From: a virus
Strand: one strand, 5' to 3'
DNA: 64,000 bases
IMG/VR virus record: IMGVR_UViG_3300046694_000315
Span: 32,001-96,000 of that record
Below the pieces are notes generated by a model that was not told the DNA's origin, made no database searches, and saw nothing but the letters and a program-made list of their open reading frames with translations. Position numbers and translations under genes: made by a program. This document shows, one piece after another, positions 46,018 to 56,111 of this stretch. The first letter of the stretch is position 1. Every line of letters begins with the position of its first letter.

Positions 46018-47997
46018 TTACTTTGCCTCCGACCAGCGGTCCACGATCTTCACGTCGGAAGACAGCGGCACCTTGAGCAGTTTCTGGATGTCCTCGCCGA
46101 GCATGGCTTCCTTCACCAGAGCGGCGGCTTCCTCGGCGCGGTCCTCCGGAGCGAGCACCACGAGTTCGTCGTGCACGGAGAGGATCAGCCGGATCTCGTC
46201 CGGCAGGATGTTGTTCAGCCGGATCATGGCCAACTTGATCAGGTCGGCCGCACTGCCCTGGATCAGCGAGTTCACTGCCTGGCGCTCGGCTCCCATTCGC
46301 AGGCCGTTGTTCTGCGAGAGGATGAGCGGAAGGCGGCGCTTGCGGCCGAGCAGCGTGCGGATGTACGGAGGGCGCCGCGACCGGCAGACCCGTACGACTT
46401 CCTCCTTGAAGCGGTAGATCTCGGGGAACAACTTCCGGTGCATCTCCATGAAGCGCTTGGCGTCCTTGAGGGAGATCTTCGCCATGCTGGCGACCTTGTC
46501 CGGACCGGCGCCGTAGACGACAGCGAAGTTGATTCCCTTGGCGACCTGACGGAAGTCGATGCACTCCCGGTCGCCTGCCTTCACCCGCCGGACGAATTCC
46601 TGCGGGTCGATTCCCATCAGCGCGGCAGCGGTGGCCGAGTGAGGGTCGACGCCGTTGTGGAATCCCTTGTACAGATCGCCTCGGCCGATGAAGTGCGCGA
46701 GCACCACGAGTTCGATCTGTCCGTAGTCCGCGACGACCAGTTTGTATCCGGCCGGTGCCACGAACAGTCCACGGATTCGCTTACCGAGTTCCGTGTCCGG
46801 ACGGGGGATGTTCTGGAGGTTGGGTTCCCGGCAGGAGAATCGGCCCGTCACCGTTCCGTACTGGACGAAGTCGGCGTGGATCCGGCCGTCGAATATCCGG
46901 CACGGCTTCTTCGGGTCGTCCTCGATACCGAGGTAGGACAGCGGGTAGTCGAGCAGCTTGCTGACTTCGGCGTACTCCAGCAGCTTCTTGACGACCGCGT
47001 TGTTCTCGTGCTTTTCCAGGCTGTCGGCGTCGGTGGAGTAGTCCTTCCACTCCAGCTCCTGCCCGGCGTCCCGCTTCTTCTTGCCGCCGTCGGTCGGCTT
47101 GGTGGGGCGCAGGCCCTGGCCGCCGTCCTTCTTGGGCGCGTACAGCACCTCGGCCTTCTGGGCCGGGGCGTTGAGGTTGAACTGCTTGCCCGCTGCGCGG
47201 TAGATGTCCGCTTCGATGTCCACCAGGCGCTCGGACATGTCGCGGACCAGCTCGCGCATGGCCTGCTCGTCGACCGGTGCTCCGGTGATGCCCATGTCGA
47301 GCAGCACGCCGAGGACGTCCTCTTCCAGGCGCCGGACGTTGACCAGGGACTGGTCGTTGATCCGCTTCTGGAACTTCTTCCACAGCAGGTAGGTGTACTT
47401 CGCGTCCATGTACGCGTAGTGGGCGACCTTGGAGAAGGGGTGGGCCTCGACGCACTTGCCGACGTTCTCGGTGTCGTAGTCGACCTTGTAGTAGCGCTTG
47501 ACGAGTTCCTTGAGGCCCTTCTGTTTCATATTTTCGTCCAACAACCACTGCAAAACGATGGTGTCGGAGTACTTCGGGGGTGCGATCTCGCCCCAGTACT
47601 TCGCCGTGGAGATGAGGTCGAAGGTCGCGTTGTGCGCGATCTTGATCTTGTCCTCGGCGAAGAACAGCGGCTTGAGGATGGAGAACACCTCGGAGGGGAG
47701 CATCTGCTCCGGCGGGGCGTCGTAGACGGCCGGGATGGCGTCGAACTTCCCGGTGATCTTGTTCTTCTTCTTCGTGGCCTTGCTCAGCAGGACGTCGCCG
47801 TTGGGGTGGCCGAACGGGATGGCGTAGGCCTCGCCGTCGGTGGCCAGGCTCAGCCAGTTGGCGACGTTCTGGGTCGGGACACCTCGGTTGGCGCCGAAGG
47901 TCTCGATGTCGAAGGAGAAGGCCGACGCGCTCATGAAGCGGTCGACCACGGTATGAAGTCGGTCGGGGGTGAGGATGACGCTGTTGCGGATGGCCAC
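46018..47997 (-). CDS. polA: DNA polymerase, family A (3'-5' exonuclease plus polymerase)
   Basis: FDIET, HNATFD, PNLQNIP, ADYGQIEL, R..AKGINFAVVYG, IQGSAAD, VHDE. Confidence 0.96.
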   Translation of the reverse strand: MAIRNSVILTPDRLHTVVDRFMSASAFSFDIETFGANRGVPTQNVANWLSLATDGEAYAIPFGHPNGDVLLSKATKKKNKITGKFDAIPAVYDAPPEQMLPSEVFSILKPLFFAEDKIKIAHNATFDLISTAKYWGEIAPPKYSDTIVLQWLLDENMKQKGLKELVKRYYKVDYDTENVGKCVEAHPFSKVAHYAYMDAKYTYLLWKKFQKRINDQSLVNVRRLEEDVLGVLLDMGITGAPVDEQAMRELVRDMSERLVDIEADIYRAAGKQFNLNAPAQKAEVLYAPKKDGGQGLRPTKPTDGGKKKRDAGQELEWKDYSTDADSLEKHENNAVVKKLLEYAEVSKLLDYPLSYLGIEDDPKKPCRIFDGRIHADFVQYGTVTGRFSCREPNLQNIPRPDTELGKRIRGLFVAPAGYKLVVADYGQIELVVLAHFIGRGDLYKGFHNGVDPHSATAAALMGIDPQEFVRRVKAGDRECIDFRQVAKGINFAVVYGAGPDKVASMAKISLKDAKRFMEMHRKLFPEIYRFKEEVVRVCRSRRPPYIRTLLGRKRRLPLILSQNNGLRMGAERQAVNSLIQGSAADLIKLAMIRLNNILPDEIRLILSVHDELVVLAPEDRAEEAAALVKEAMLGEDIQKLLKVPLSSDVKIVDRWSEAK

Positions 47998-48077
47998 GGG
48001 CGGTACCTCCTGGCGGTGTGGTGGGGAAGCTGAGGGGGAGGCCCCGGCGTGGTGCCAGAACCTCCCCCGGAGGCCGA

Positions 48078-48890
48078 TCAGTCGTTCAGGATCTCGCGGG
48101 CGATCGTCTTGAGTTCGTTGCGCGTGTTCACCTGGAGGACGTCCTCGTCGTAGGCCTTGTCGTCGAACTCCTCCAGGTCGTCCTCGGTGAGGGGCTCGAT
48201 GTCCCAGTCGTCGGCGAGGTCGCGCTCCTTCACGGGGGTGATGTAGTAGGTGGTCTTGTTGTTCTTGCTCTGCTTGGAGACGGAGAAGTAGAGGTCGTCC
48301 CGGTTGATCGGGGCGGTCTTCTTGTCCTTGGAGTAGTTCTTGAGGATGTCCGCGACCATCGGGCCGAACTGCCAGATCTTGATCTGCGGGTCGTCGGGGT
48401 CGGTGAAGTCCACGACGTTGAAGCAGACCTGCTGGGAGGGCTTGTCACCCGCGTCGTCGCACAGCGGGCAGCGGGACTCCAGGCACGTCCAGGACCGCTT
48501 GCCCTTGCGCTCGATCCAGTGCTGGAGGAAGACCAGGAACGGCTCCTCGTCAAGGATCTTCACGACCACGGCCTCGCCGGTCACCTTGAAGTTCTCGGGG
48601 AAGGAGGACGTGGCGCTCTTGGTCTTCTCGTACGAGCCCCAGCCCTTGCCGCCGACCTTCGGGGCGGGCTCGTCGTCCTCGTCGTCGTCCTCCTCCTGGG
48701 AGCGGCGCGAGCGGCGGGAGGCGGGGGCCTCCTCGGTATGAAGCGAGTCGCGGCGCGAGCCCCGGCGGGAGCCGCGACGCGGCTGGTCGTCCTCGTCGTC
48801 GTCCGGGAGGTTGCTGTCCTCCGGCTCGTCGGCGGGGGTGTACGCCTCGGTGGACGCAGCGGTGCGGCGGCGGGTGAGGGTGCGGGGCAT
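48078..48890 (-). CDS. Single-stranded DNA-binding protein (gp32-like)
   Basis: QHW..C...CPLC Zn site, acidic C-terminus, next to Pol. Confidence 0.65.
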   Translation of the reverse strand: MPRTLTRRRTAASTEAYTPADEPEDSNLPDDDEDDQPRRGSRRGSRRDSLHTEEAPASRRSRRSQEEDDDEDDEPAPKVGGKGWGSYEKTKSATSSFPENFKVTGEAVVVKILDEEPFLVFLQHWIERKGKRSWTCLESRCPLCDDAGDKPSQQVCFNVVDFTDPDDPQIKIWQFGPMVADILKNYSKDKKTAPINRDDLYFSVSKQSKNNKTTYYITPVKERDLADDWDIEPLTEDDLEEFDDKAYDEDVLQVNTRNELKTIAREILND

Positions 48891-49129
48891 CAGGTGTTCT
48901 CCTGCTGGTAGAGATGGATGTACGACTTGTCCTCGGCTGTGTTCAGCCGGGCCTCTTCGACGTCGGCGGCCAGCGCGGTGGCCAGGTACTCGGAGGCGAA
49001 GTTTTCGAGGGTGTCGGCGCTCTGCGGTCCGGGGAGGTCATCGGAGTCGACCTCGATCTCGGCGCCGAACTCGACCCACTCGAAGTTGCCCATGCTGACG
49101 TGGTGCTTGGCGCTGCGGGTGATCTTCAC
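48890..49129 (-). CDS. Hypothetical protein
   Basis: MKITRSAKH..MGNFE. Confidence 0.6.
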   Translation of the reverse strand: MKITRSAKHHVSMGNFEWVEFGAEIEVDSDDLPGPQSADTLENFASEYLATALAADVEEARLNTAEDKSYIHLYQQENT

Positions 49130-49587
49130 TGCTCGGCCAGCCTCTTGAAGAGGTCGATGACGCGGGCGGTGAAGTTGGTGCCCTTGATCGGCTTCTGGTG
49201 GGAGACCAGGACGCCTTCCTCGTGCGCGATGCGGACGATGCCCTCGACCTGTTCGCGGGTGTAGAGGCGGCGACGGCCGCGCACGTCGTCGTCCCGTCCG
49301 GGTGACTGGAAGGTGGACTTGGGGATGATCCCCTCGCGCTCCCACTTGCGGATGGTCACCGGCTGGCGGCCCAGGGCCCGGCCGAGTTGGCCGACGGTGA
49401 AGAACTCGGTCTCGACGCCGCCCACGTTGTACCTGCGGGGCTTGGCGTCCCAGTCGGCCGCCGACGGGGCGGCCTTGGTATGAAGTCCGTTGCGGTTCTG
49501 GTGGCGGACGATCGGCTTGGTGGAGCCGGGGTAGAACTGCTCCCCGATCTCGGCGAAGTCCTGCTCGATGCTGGCGAGGCTGCTCAT
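49126..49587 (-). CDS. MerR-like HTH DNA-binding protein
   Basis: FTVGQLGRALGRQPVTIRKWEREGIIP...RRLYT. Confidence 0.8.
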   Translation of the reverse strand: MSSLASIEQDFAEIGEQFYPGSTKPIVRHQNRNGLHTKAAPSAADWDAKPRRYNVGGVETEFFTVGQLGRALGRQPVTIRKWEREGIIPKSTFQSPGRDDDVRGRRRLYTREQVEGIVRIAHEEGVLVSHQKPIKGTNFTARVIDLFKRLAEQ

Positions 49588-49600
49588 GTGGTGGTTCTCC

Positions 49601-50077
49601 TCAGCCCTGGAGCGGCTTGAAGGCGTACGAGACGTTCTCGGTGAACAGGGCGTCGAGTTCCTCGTCGGAGATGACGCCCTCCTGGTTGAGGACGTACAAC
49701 TCGTCCTGGTCCAGGACCGTGGTGGTGACTTCCTTGTAGACGCGGTCGCGGATGCCCTTCTCGTTGACCAGGGTCTCGACGGCGTCCTCGTCCAGGCCGA
49801 CGGAGGTGCGCTTCTCGCGCTTGACCTCGGTGAAGCGCTGGCCGTTGACCTCGATGGGCGCCGGGAGTTTCCAGAACTTGGAGCCCTTCTCGTCGGTCTC
49901 CCCGGTGGCGTCCACGAAGGCGCTGATCTCGTCGCGCAGGTGGTTCTTGCGGGTGACGACCTGGGTCTCCTGGAACTTCAGGACCAGGAACTGCCGGACC
50001 TTCTCGATGGGGTTCTCGGGGTCGAGGTTGATGGGCTTCTCGACTCGGCGGGTGGTACGTCTCTGGACGGTAGCCAT
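49601..50077 (-). CDS. Hypothetical protein
   Basis: Strong codon bias. Confidence 0.7.
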   Translation of the reverse strand: MATVQRRTTRRVEKPINLDPENPIEKVRQFLVLKFQETQVVTRKNHLRDEISAFVDATGETDEKGSKFWKLPAPIEVNGQRFTEVKREKRTSVGLDEDAVETLVNEKGIRDRVYKEVTTTVLDQDELYVLNQEGVISDEELDALFTENVSYAFKPLQG

Positions 50078-50171
50078 AGAGCGGGTGCTCTCTTTCTTCC
50101 GGAGTAGTTGGTCGATCGAGTAGTGACTCTACACTACGGAATCACTGTTGTCGATTCATGATTACGGCTTC

Positions 50172-50549
50172 TTAGTACGTAACCTCGTCGACTCGCGAGG
50201 GGACCGACTGGCCCAACCGGGTGGTGCGGCGGTCGGCGTACCGGCGGGCGTCGGCGTCCGTCTGGTCGCGGCGCACGTCCGTCTCTGCAACGTCCTGGTA
50301 GACGGTGACGACGCGCTTCTCGGCCGGGTCCACGATGGCCACGAGGTCCCCCCGAACGTGCCGAACCTGTCCAGGAACGCGGCCCGAGGGGTAGGTATGA
50401 AGCGGCTCGTTGGCCGCGAGAAGAACGTCCGCGCTGGTCCAGCCCTTGGCTGCGGCCTGCTGCTGCGCGTGGTGGGTCAGCCGGTAGGTCGGCGCGTCGG
50501 TGACTGGCGCGGACCAGGTGATGCCGAGGCATTCTGCGATGGTGGCCAT
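50172..50549 (-). CDS. DUF4258-like (BECR/RelE-fold) protein
   Basis: YRLTHHAQQQ..ADV..P..VVTVY; own promoter. Confidence 0.55.
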   Translation of the reverse strand: MATIAECLGITWSAPVTDAPTYRLTHHAQQQAAAKGWTSADVLLAANEPLHTYPSGRVPGQVRHVRGDLVAIVDPAEKRVVTVYQDVAETDVRRDQTDADARRYADRRTTRLGQSVPSRVDEVTY

Positions 50550-50594
50550 CTCGGTCTCCTCTGTTCGATTTGCTGTTCGAACCTTGTGAGGAAG

Positions 50595-50623
50595 ACACTA
50601 CGTAGCACTCCGGCATATGTCAA
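50595..50623 (-). promoter_or_regulatory. HrdB-type promoter
   Basis: TTGACA-N17-TAGTGT. Confidence 0.7.
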
Positions 50624-50850
50624 CGACTTTGCGTCATCCATTTGACAAGTTCACCAGAGGTCGGCGACAGCACCACGCCGAGCCAGGCGGACGGGGGTCA
50701 GATCCCAGTCCTCCTGCTCCTCGGGAGGGCGTATGACATCCTCCAGCCCCTCACGGAGCAGGACGTCGAGCGGTTCTTCTCGCATAGCTTGATATTGACA
50801 TGCCGCTACGGCTTTAGAACCACTCGACGTCCGCCATGAGATCCTGAAAG

Positions 50851-52494
50851 TTACGCCGCTTCCAGGCACTGCGTCAGGGTCACCAGGTCGTTCTCGATGC
50901 GCCCCTTGTCGTCCGCACCACGACCGTCGGTAATGGCCGAACCCACCCGCCTCTTGTGCGCGAGCATGGCGTACTTCCTGGGCTCCGTGGTGCCCTGCGT
51001 GATCGCGTTCAGCACGTAGATGTTCTTGAACAGGCTGCTGGCGCGGTCGTGCCTCTTGTTGATCTGGTCCTGCTTGCCGGACGACCAGGCCAGGTCGTAG
51101 TTGATCAGGTAGTTCGCCATCCACAGGTCGGTGCCGAAGGCTCCGGCGTGGCTGGAGAGGAACACCCGGCAGCCCTCCTCCGTCTCGAACCGGCTCGCCG
51201 CGTAGGCCTTGGCCCCGGCGCTCATCCGGCCCGTGTACGTGACGGCCACACCCTCCGGCAGACGCTCGGCGATCAGGTCGAGCATGTCCGGGTTGACCGA
51301 GAAGACGATCACCTTGTTCTTCGGCGTGGCCAGGATGTCCGTCACTGTCTCTACCACCGCGTCCAGTTTGGGGGTAGCGGTGACATCGTCGAGCACGCCG
51401 TCCTGCCACACCTCATAGGCGTACTTCGAGCCGGGCCAGGTCTTCTTCACGGCACCGCCCTGCCTCGCCTGCTCGCTCTCCTCGTACCGTTGCCCGGACA
51501 TCACGATGAGGTCCGGGTGGTTCAGCAGCATGTCGAGCGCCTGCATGCGGGACATGATCTTGCCCTGCTGGCTGTTCTCGTTCGGGGTGTCCCCGCCGTG
51601 GTAGTGGGCGAACAGGTCGAAGTCCGTCGTGTTGGGTCCGAGCGCGTGCAGCTCGGCCAGCAGGTCGGCGGAGATCCGCTTGTAGGCCTTCTTCGTCTTG
51701 GGGTCCAGCGTCACCGGGATGGTGCTCTCCTGGACCTGCGGAAGGTACGGCTTGACGTCGTCGTCCATGCGGGTCTTGCGCACCATAGCGTCGGCCAGTT
51801 TGGCGTGCAGGACGGGCAGATTCTTGTAGTGCTGCACGCCTCCGAACTTGTTGCGGACGATGTAGGTCTTGTCGTACAGGTCGAACCGGCCCAGCACGGT
51901 GTCGTCGACCCACTGCATGATGCTGAACAACTCCTCCGGCCGCCCGTTCTCCACCGGGGTGCCGGTGAGCGCGTAGCGGTACGGCGCGGTGAGCCGCTTG
52001 ATCTTCCGTGTGCGCTGGGCCTTGAACGTCTTGATGGCAGTCGCCTCGTCCAGCACGATGCACTCGGGCTTGATCCGGCGGACGTAGTTCCAGTCGTTGA
52101 CGACGTTCTCGTAGCCCATGATCACGAAGTCCGGCCGGTACGTCTTCACCTTGACGTACTGACCGGCCCGCTTCTTGGTGTCGCCGTCGATGAGGATGCA
52201 GTAGTCCTCCGTCGGCACGGTGATCTCCTGGGTCTGGCCGTCCTCGCGCACCTTGATGACCCGGGTGGGAACGTCGGTGAGTTTGGCGATCTGCTTGGCC
52301 CACTGGTACTTCAGCGAGGCCGGGACCACGATGACGGCGGTCTCGACCTCGCCCTCGGCCAGCAGCTCCTCGATGGCGGCCAGGGCGATGGGCGTCTTGC
52401 CCAGGCCCATCTCGTAGGCGATGAGGAGCGACCCGCGCTCGACGGCGCGGGCCACAGCATCCTCCTGGTACGGGTGCAGGTCGATGTTCAGCAC
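50851..52494 (-). CDS. SNF2-family helicase
   Basis: LHPYQ, EMGLGKT, LDEA, LTGTP.EN, C-terminal helicase domain. Confidence 0.92.
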   Translation of the reverse strand: MLNIDLHPYQEDAVARAVERGSLLIAYEMGLGKTPIALAAIEELLAEGEVETAVIVVPASLKYQWAKQIAKLTDVPTRVIKVREDGQTQEITVPTEDYCILIDGDTKKRAGQYVKVKTYRPDFVIMGYENVVNDWNYVRRIKPECIVLDEATAIKTFKAQRTRKIKRLTAPYRYALTGTPVENGRPEELFSIMQWVDDTVLGRFDLYDKTYIVRNKFGGVQHYKNLPVLHAKLADAMVRKTRMDDDVKPYLPQVQESTIPVTLDPKTKKAYKRISADLLAELHALGPNTTDFDLFAHYHGGDTPNENSQQGKIMSRMQALDMLLNHPDLIVMSGQRYEESEQARQGGAVKKTWPGSKYAYEVWQDGVLDDVTATPKLDAVVETVTDILATPKNKVIVFSVNPDMLDLIAERLPEGVAVTYTGRMSAGAKAYAASRFETEEGCRVFLSSHAGAFGTDLWMANYLINYDLAWSSGKQDQINKRHDRASSLFKNIYVLNAITQGTTEPRKYAMLAHKRRVGSAITDGRGADDKGRIENDLVTLTQCLEAA

Positions 52495-52781
52495 TGGGAG
52501 TACTGCCGATCGAACTGCCCCCGTGTGCGCGGTCGGCGGGCGAAGGGGACGCCCGGGGTGTAGTGCCCCTCCTGGATGTGGTCGGGGTTGGCGCACATCC
52601 GCCGGGTACACGCGCGGTGCTTCTGCCCGGCGCCTCCGGTGATGAACGACAGCAGGCTCTGGCCCCGGTAGGTAGGCCGCGTCGCGGTCGACTGGAAGAT
52701 CAGGCATGCGGAGTCCGGGTCGGGCTCGACGCGGTCCCAGAAGGCCTGTCCCAGGTGCTCGTAGCCTTCAGGCGCCAGCAT
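52488..52781 (-). CDS. Degenerate HNH-like protein
   Basis: FWDRV..ACLIF..HRAC..CANPDH. Confidence 0.5.
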   Translation of the reverse strand: MLAPEGYEHLGQAFWDRVEPDPDSACLIFQSTATRPTYRGQSLLSFITGGAGQKHRACTRRMCANPDHIQEGHYTPGVPFARRPRTRGQFDRQYSQC

Positions 52782-52965
52782 TCGCGGCCTCCTGGTGGGT
52801 CATGTGGAAGCCACGGCACCTGGGGCACTCGTAGACGCGCACCGGCAGGAACTCGCGGGTGCTGTCCTTCTTGCGCTGGATCCGCTGCATGTCGAGCAGC
52901 GCGGAGACGCGGTCGGGGAAGCGGCGCTTGCCGCAGGTATGAAGTCGGCGCTTGTTGTAGGGCAT
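52768..52965 (-). CDS. Small Zn-ribbon protein
   Basis: CGKRRF..RVYECPRCRGFHMT. Confidence 0.7.
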   Translation of the reverse strand: MPYNKRRLHTCGKRRFPDRVSALLDMQRIQRKKDSTREFLPVRVYECPRCRGFHMTHQEAANAGA

Positions 52966-52975
52966 GACGGGCTCC

Positions 52976-53932
52976 TTAGAACCGTGCGAGGACGGATGAG
53001 TAGGCGTTGTCGACGGCGTAGGTGATCTCGCTGTCGGTCATGTCTCCGGGGTCCTTGGCGGACGTGTGGGAGTAGTCGAGGAAGCGCAGGGTCAGGCCTC
53101 GTCCGACCCACTCCTTGCGCAGCCGGGCGCAGGCCTCGACTCCGGCCTTGTCGTTGTCCAGGGCGATGACGACGGTGTCGAAGTGGTCGCGGATCAGGGA
53201 CATCTGGGCGTCGGAGACTCCGGCGCCGAAGGCGGCCAGCCCGGCCTTGTATCCCGCCGCGCGCAGCCGGGCCACGTCGAGGGGCGACTCGACCAGGATG
53301 GCCAGGTCGTCCTCGTAGGTATGAAGCCCGAAGAGGGTCTTGGACTTCGTCATGGAGTTGGGCCGGTTGCGGAAGTAGCGGGAGTTCTTCTCCTGCCAGC
53401 CCCAGAGCATGCCGGTGTCGGGGCAGCGCACCGGGACGATCCACATGTCGCGCTTGGGATCCCAGAGCACTCCGGCGGCCTCGGCGTCCTGGGGGAAGAA
53501 CATGCGCTCTGCGCAAGCGGCCAGCGGCGGGGTCACGTACAGGGCCAGCGAGGCCTCATTGATGTGCTTGGTCGTGTCGACCTGGCTCGGCTGCTTCTTC
53601 GCCAGGAACTTCTTCACCCGCTCGATGCCGCCGCGCCCGCGCACCCACACCGCCGCGTCGCTGTACGGGATGTCGAGCACGTCCTTGACCAGGACGACGA
53701 ACGGGCCCCGGTAGCCGCAGGAGAAGCAGTTGAAATAGCCAGCGTCGGAGTTGATAGAGAAGGATGGGTGCTTGTCTTTCTTTCCCGTCCGCGCCTCGTG
53801 CATGGGGCACGGCATATGAATCTCGTCGCCGTTCACCTTGTAGTCGAGACCGATCTCGTCCAAGCAGGCGGTGACGTTTCCCGGAATGGGGGTGCCTACT
53901 GCGTCCCAGCCCTTGGCTTTCGCTCGGACCAT
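52976..53932 (-). CDS. dnaG: DNA primase (CHC2 Zn finger plus Toprim)
   Basis: CPMH..PSFS..CFSC; VESPLD; LDND.AG. Confidence 0.92.
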   Translation of the reverse strand: MVRAKAKGWDAVGTPIPGNVTACLDEIGLDYKVNGDEIHMPCPMHEARTGKKDKHPSFSINSDAGYFNCFSCGYRGPFVVLVKDVLDIPYSDAAVWVRGRGGIERVKKFLAKKQPSQVDTTKHINEASLALYVTPPLAACAERMFFPQDAEAAGVLWDPKRDMWIVPVRCPDTGMLWGWQEKNSRYFRNRPNSMTKSKTLFGLHTYEDDLAILVESPLDVARLRAAGYKAGLAAFGAGVSDAQMSLIRDHFDTVVIALDNDKAGVEACARLRKEWVGRGLTLRFLDYSHTSAKDPGDMTDSEITYAVDNAYSSVLARF

Positions 53933-54180
53933 TACTGATACCTCTTTTCCACATGCTTCAGGTAGTCGTACATTTCCCACGCCTGCGGCCCCCGGTCAGC
54001 CCAGGTTCCGTAGGTGAGGACCCTGATATGCCCGAGGCCCCTGATCCGGTGCATTTCGCTGGCGTATATCAGATTCTGGTCACGGGGATTACGGTTGTTC
54101 TCCCGGCACCAGAACAGGAACTCCCGGTAGTTCCCGGCGAGGACCACCAGGCGGGGCTCAGAAGGCGCCGACGTATCCAT
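53932..54180 (-). CDS. Hypothetical protein
   Basis: LVVLAGNYREF..RIRGL. Confidence 0.55.
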   Translation of the reverse strand: MDTSAPSEPRLVVLAGNYREFLFWCRENNRNPRDQNLIYASEMHRIRGLGHIRVLTYGTWADRGPQAWEMYDYLKHVEKRYQ

Positions 54181-55423
54181 CGGTGTTCTCCTCGTCCATG
54201 GCGAAGGGGTCCTCGTTGAGTTCCTCGAACTTGCCGGTCTCCCAGTCCCACTGGCAGTAGGTCTCCAGGGGCGGGCAGTTACGGGCCAGGACGACCTTGA
54301 TCTTGTTGATGTTCGCGTCCTCCGTGGACTCGACACCGAGGATCACGTCGGAGTCCTGGGCGAAGGAGGACGAATATCCGATGGAGTCAGACGTGATGCC
54401 CTTCTTCTTGTTCATCTTCCATTCCAGGACCTGCGTGGAAATGACGATCGGGAGTTGCAGGTTCTTCGCCATGCGCTTGAATCCTCGGGTGAGGTTGGTA
54501 AGCGCCTGGCTGGATCCCTGAGCCTCGCCGAGTTCGTCCTGCATCATGTAGATGCCGTCCACGAATACGATCGTCGGCTTGATGTGGTCGATCTTCGACT
54601 GCACACCGGTAAGCGTCGTCGCATTCATGGAGTCCGAGGAAAGGAAGAACGAAGGCATAGCCTCCAGTTCCCGCAAGGCCCTTTCGAGTTTGTCCCACTC
54701 GGCCTTCTTGAGCGTTCCATTCCTCAGCCGGGCGTGGGAAATCCCCGCGCGAATGGCGTCGAAGCGTTCCTCCTGCTCCTCGTTGCTCATCTCGAAGCCG
54801 ATGAACAGCGGGCGCTCGCCGTGCAGGTGGGCGGCCATGGCGGCCAGCAGGAGCAGCGTCGACTTACCGGCCTTCGGCGGGCCGACGAAGGTGACCAACT
54901 GCTCCTTCTGGAGGCCCTGGGTGGCCCTGTCGATCGTCGTAAAGCCGGTGGGGATCCCCCGGAGCCCGTCGGGCAGGTCCTTGAGCGTGAGGTACCGCGC
55001 GAGGCGCTGCTGGCCGGTCTCCGTCAGGTCAGTGTCGCGGGCGTTGGGTACGGCCGAGGCGATGTCCGCCAGGGTCTTGTGCAGGGCCGCCATCGCGGCC
55101 AGCGCGTCGCCCTCTTCGTGTGCGTCGACCGAGTCGGCCAGGCCCTGCTCCAGCAGGGCCAAAGTATGAAGTTCCCGCAGCCGGTCGGTCAGCACGTTCA
55201 TGCTGTCCTCGACCTTGACGAACTTGTAGGTGGGGAAGTCCGTCTTGATCGTGGCCAGGGACGGCACCTCACCGTAGGTGCCCTTGTGCCGCAGGATCGC
55301 CTTGAAGACGGCCCGGTTGTCCGGGTCGCCGAAGAAGTCGGGGGTGATGCCCGCGTCCGCGACGTCAGTCAGGTCCTTGTCCTGGATGACGCGGGAGACG
55401 AGCAGCCGCTCGAAGTCCGCCAC
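54158..55423 (-). CDS. dnaB: DnaB-like replicative helicase
   Basis: GIPTGF, GPPKAGKS, FEMS, VDG, QDSD. Confidence 0.92.
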   Translation of the reverse strand: MADFERLLVSRVIQDKDLTDVADAGITPDFFGDPDNRAVFKAILRHKGTYGEVPSLATIKTDFPTYKFVKVEDSMNVLTDRLRELHTLALLEQGLADSVDAHEEGDALAAMAALHKTLADIASAVPNARDTDLTETGQQRLARYLTLKDLPDGLRGIPTGFTTIDRATQGLQKEQLVTFVGPPKAGKSTLLLLAAMAAHLHGERPLFIGFEMSNEEQEERFDAIRAGISHARLRNGTLKKAEWDKLERALRELEAMPSFFLSSDSMNATTLTGVQSKIDHIKPTIVFVDGIYMMQDELGEAQGSSQALTNLTRGFKRMAKNLQLPIVISTQVLEWKMNKKKGITSDSIGYSSSFAQDSDVILGVESTEDANINKIKVVLARNCPPLETYCQWDWETGKFEELNEDPFAMDEENTDGYVGAF

Positions 55424-55866
55424 TACATGGCTCCGATCAGGGTGGTGGGTACGGCCGGGAGCATGCGCCCCTTGCTGCCGTAGATCAGGTGGTGTTCGTT
55501 GTCGAAGATCGCTGCGACGTCCGGCATGTGTGCCAGGCGGCGGGCCAGCTTCTTCGGCTCGTCGGCCCAGATGCGGCCGATGGGCAGGCCCTCGATGTCC
55601 AGGCGCCATTCCAGGGCCTCGGCGAACTCGTCGCCCAGGTAGGTGATGACGTCGACCGAGTACCGGTGGCGCCAGACCGTGTCCCAGATGACGTGGGCCA
55701 GCGGCTCGTTGATCTCGTAGGCCTTCACCGCGCGCTTCCACTGGTGAGCGCGGCGGGCCACGGCTTCGCCAGCTCGGGTACGTGCGGTGGGCAGGTTGCC
55801 CAGGAGGCCTTCGAAGACGACGACCAGGCGCGGGGAGACCTCGTTGCTTATGTCCCCGCCCTGCAT
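55423..55866 (-). CDS. Hypothetical protein (HAD-fold-like)
   Basis: MQGGDISNE..VVFEGLL. Confidence 0.65.
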   Translation of the reverse strand: MQGGDISNEVSPRLVVVFEGLLGNLPTARTRAGEAVARRAHQWKRAVKAYEINEPLAHVIWDTVWRHRYSVDVITYLGDEFAEALEWRLDIEGLPIGRIWADEPKKLARRLAHMPDVAAIFDNEHHLIYGSKGRMLPAVPTTLIGAM

Positions 55867-56111
55867 CAGGTTCGCTCCGCGTCCGCGCGGAGCCAGATAT
55901 GAAGCCGGTTGCCCCGGACCTCGCGCCGGTCGCTGTAGCGGAAGGGCCGGAAGCCGAGACTCTTGGCGCGGGCCCAGGCCAGGCGCTTCAGCATGCTGAC
56001 GGTGTGCTGCTGCTCGGGGAACCTGCCGGTGATCGTCGACAGGATCTCGTCTTTGTAGACAACTGACAAAATCTCGTCCTCGAAGGGGAGGACCATCTGC
56101 TCATGCTGCAC
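55866..56111 (-). CDS. Hypothetical protein
   Basis: Coupled ORF; N-terminal QMVLPF. Confidence 0.55.
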   Translation of the reverse strand: MQHEQMVLPFEDEILSVVYKDEILSTITGRFPEQQHTVSMLKRLAWARAKSLGFRPFRYSDRREVRGNRLHIWLRADAERT

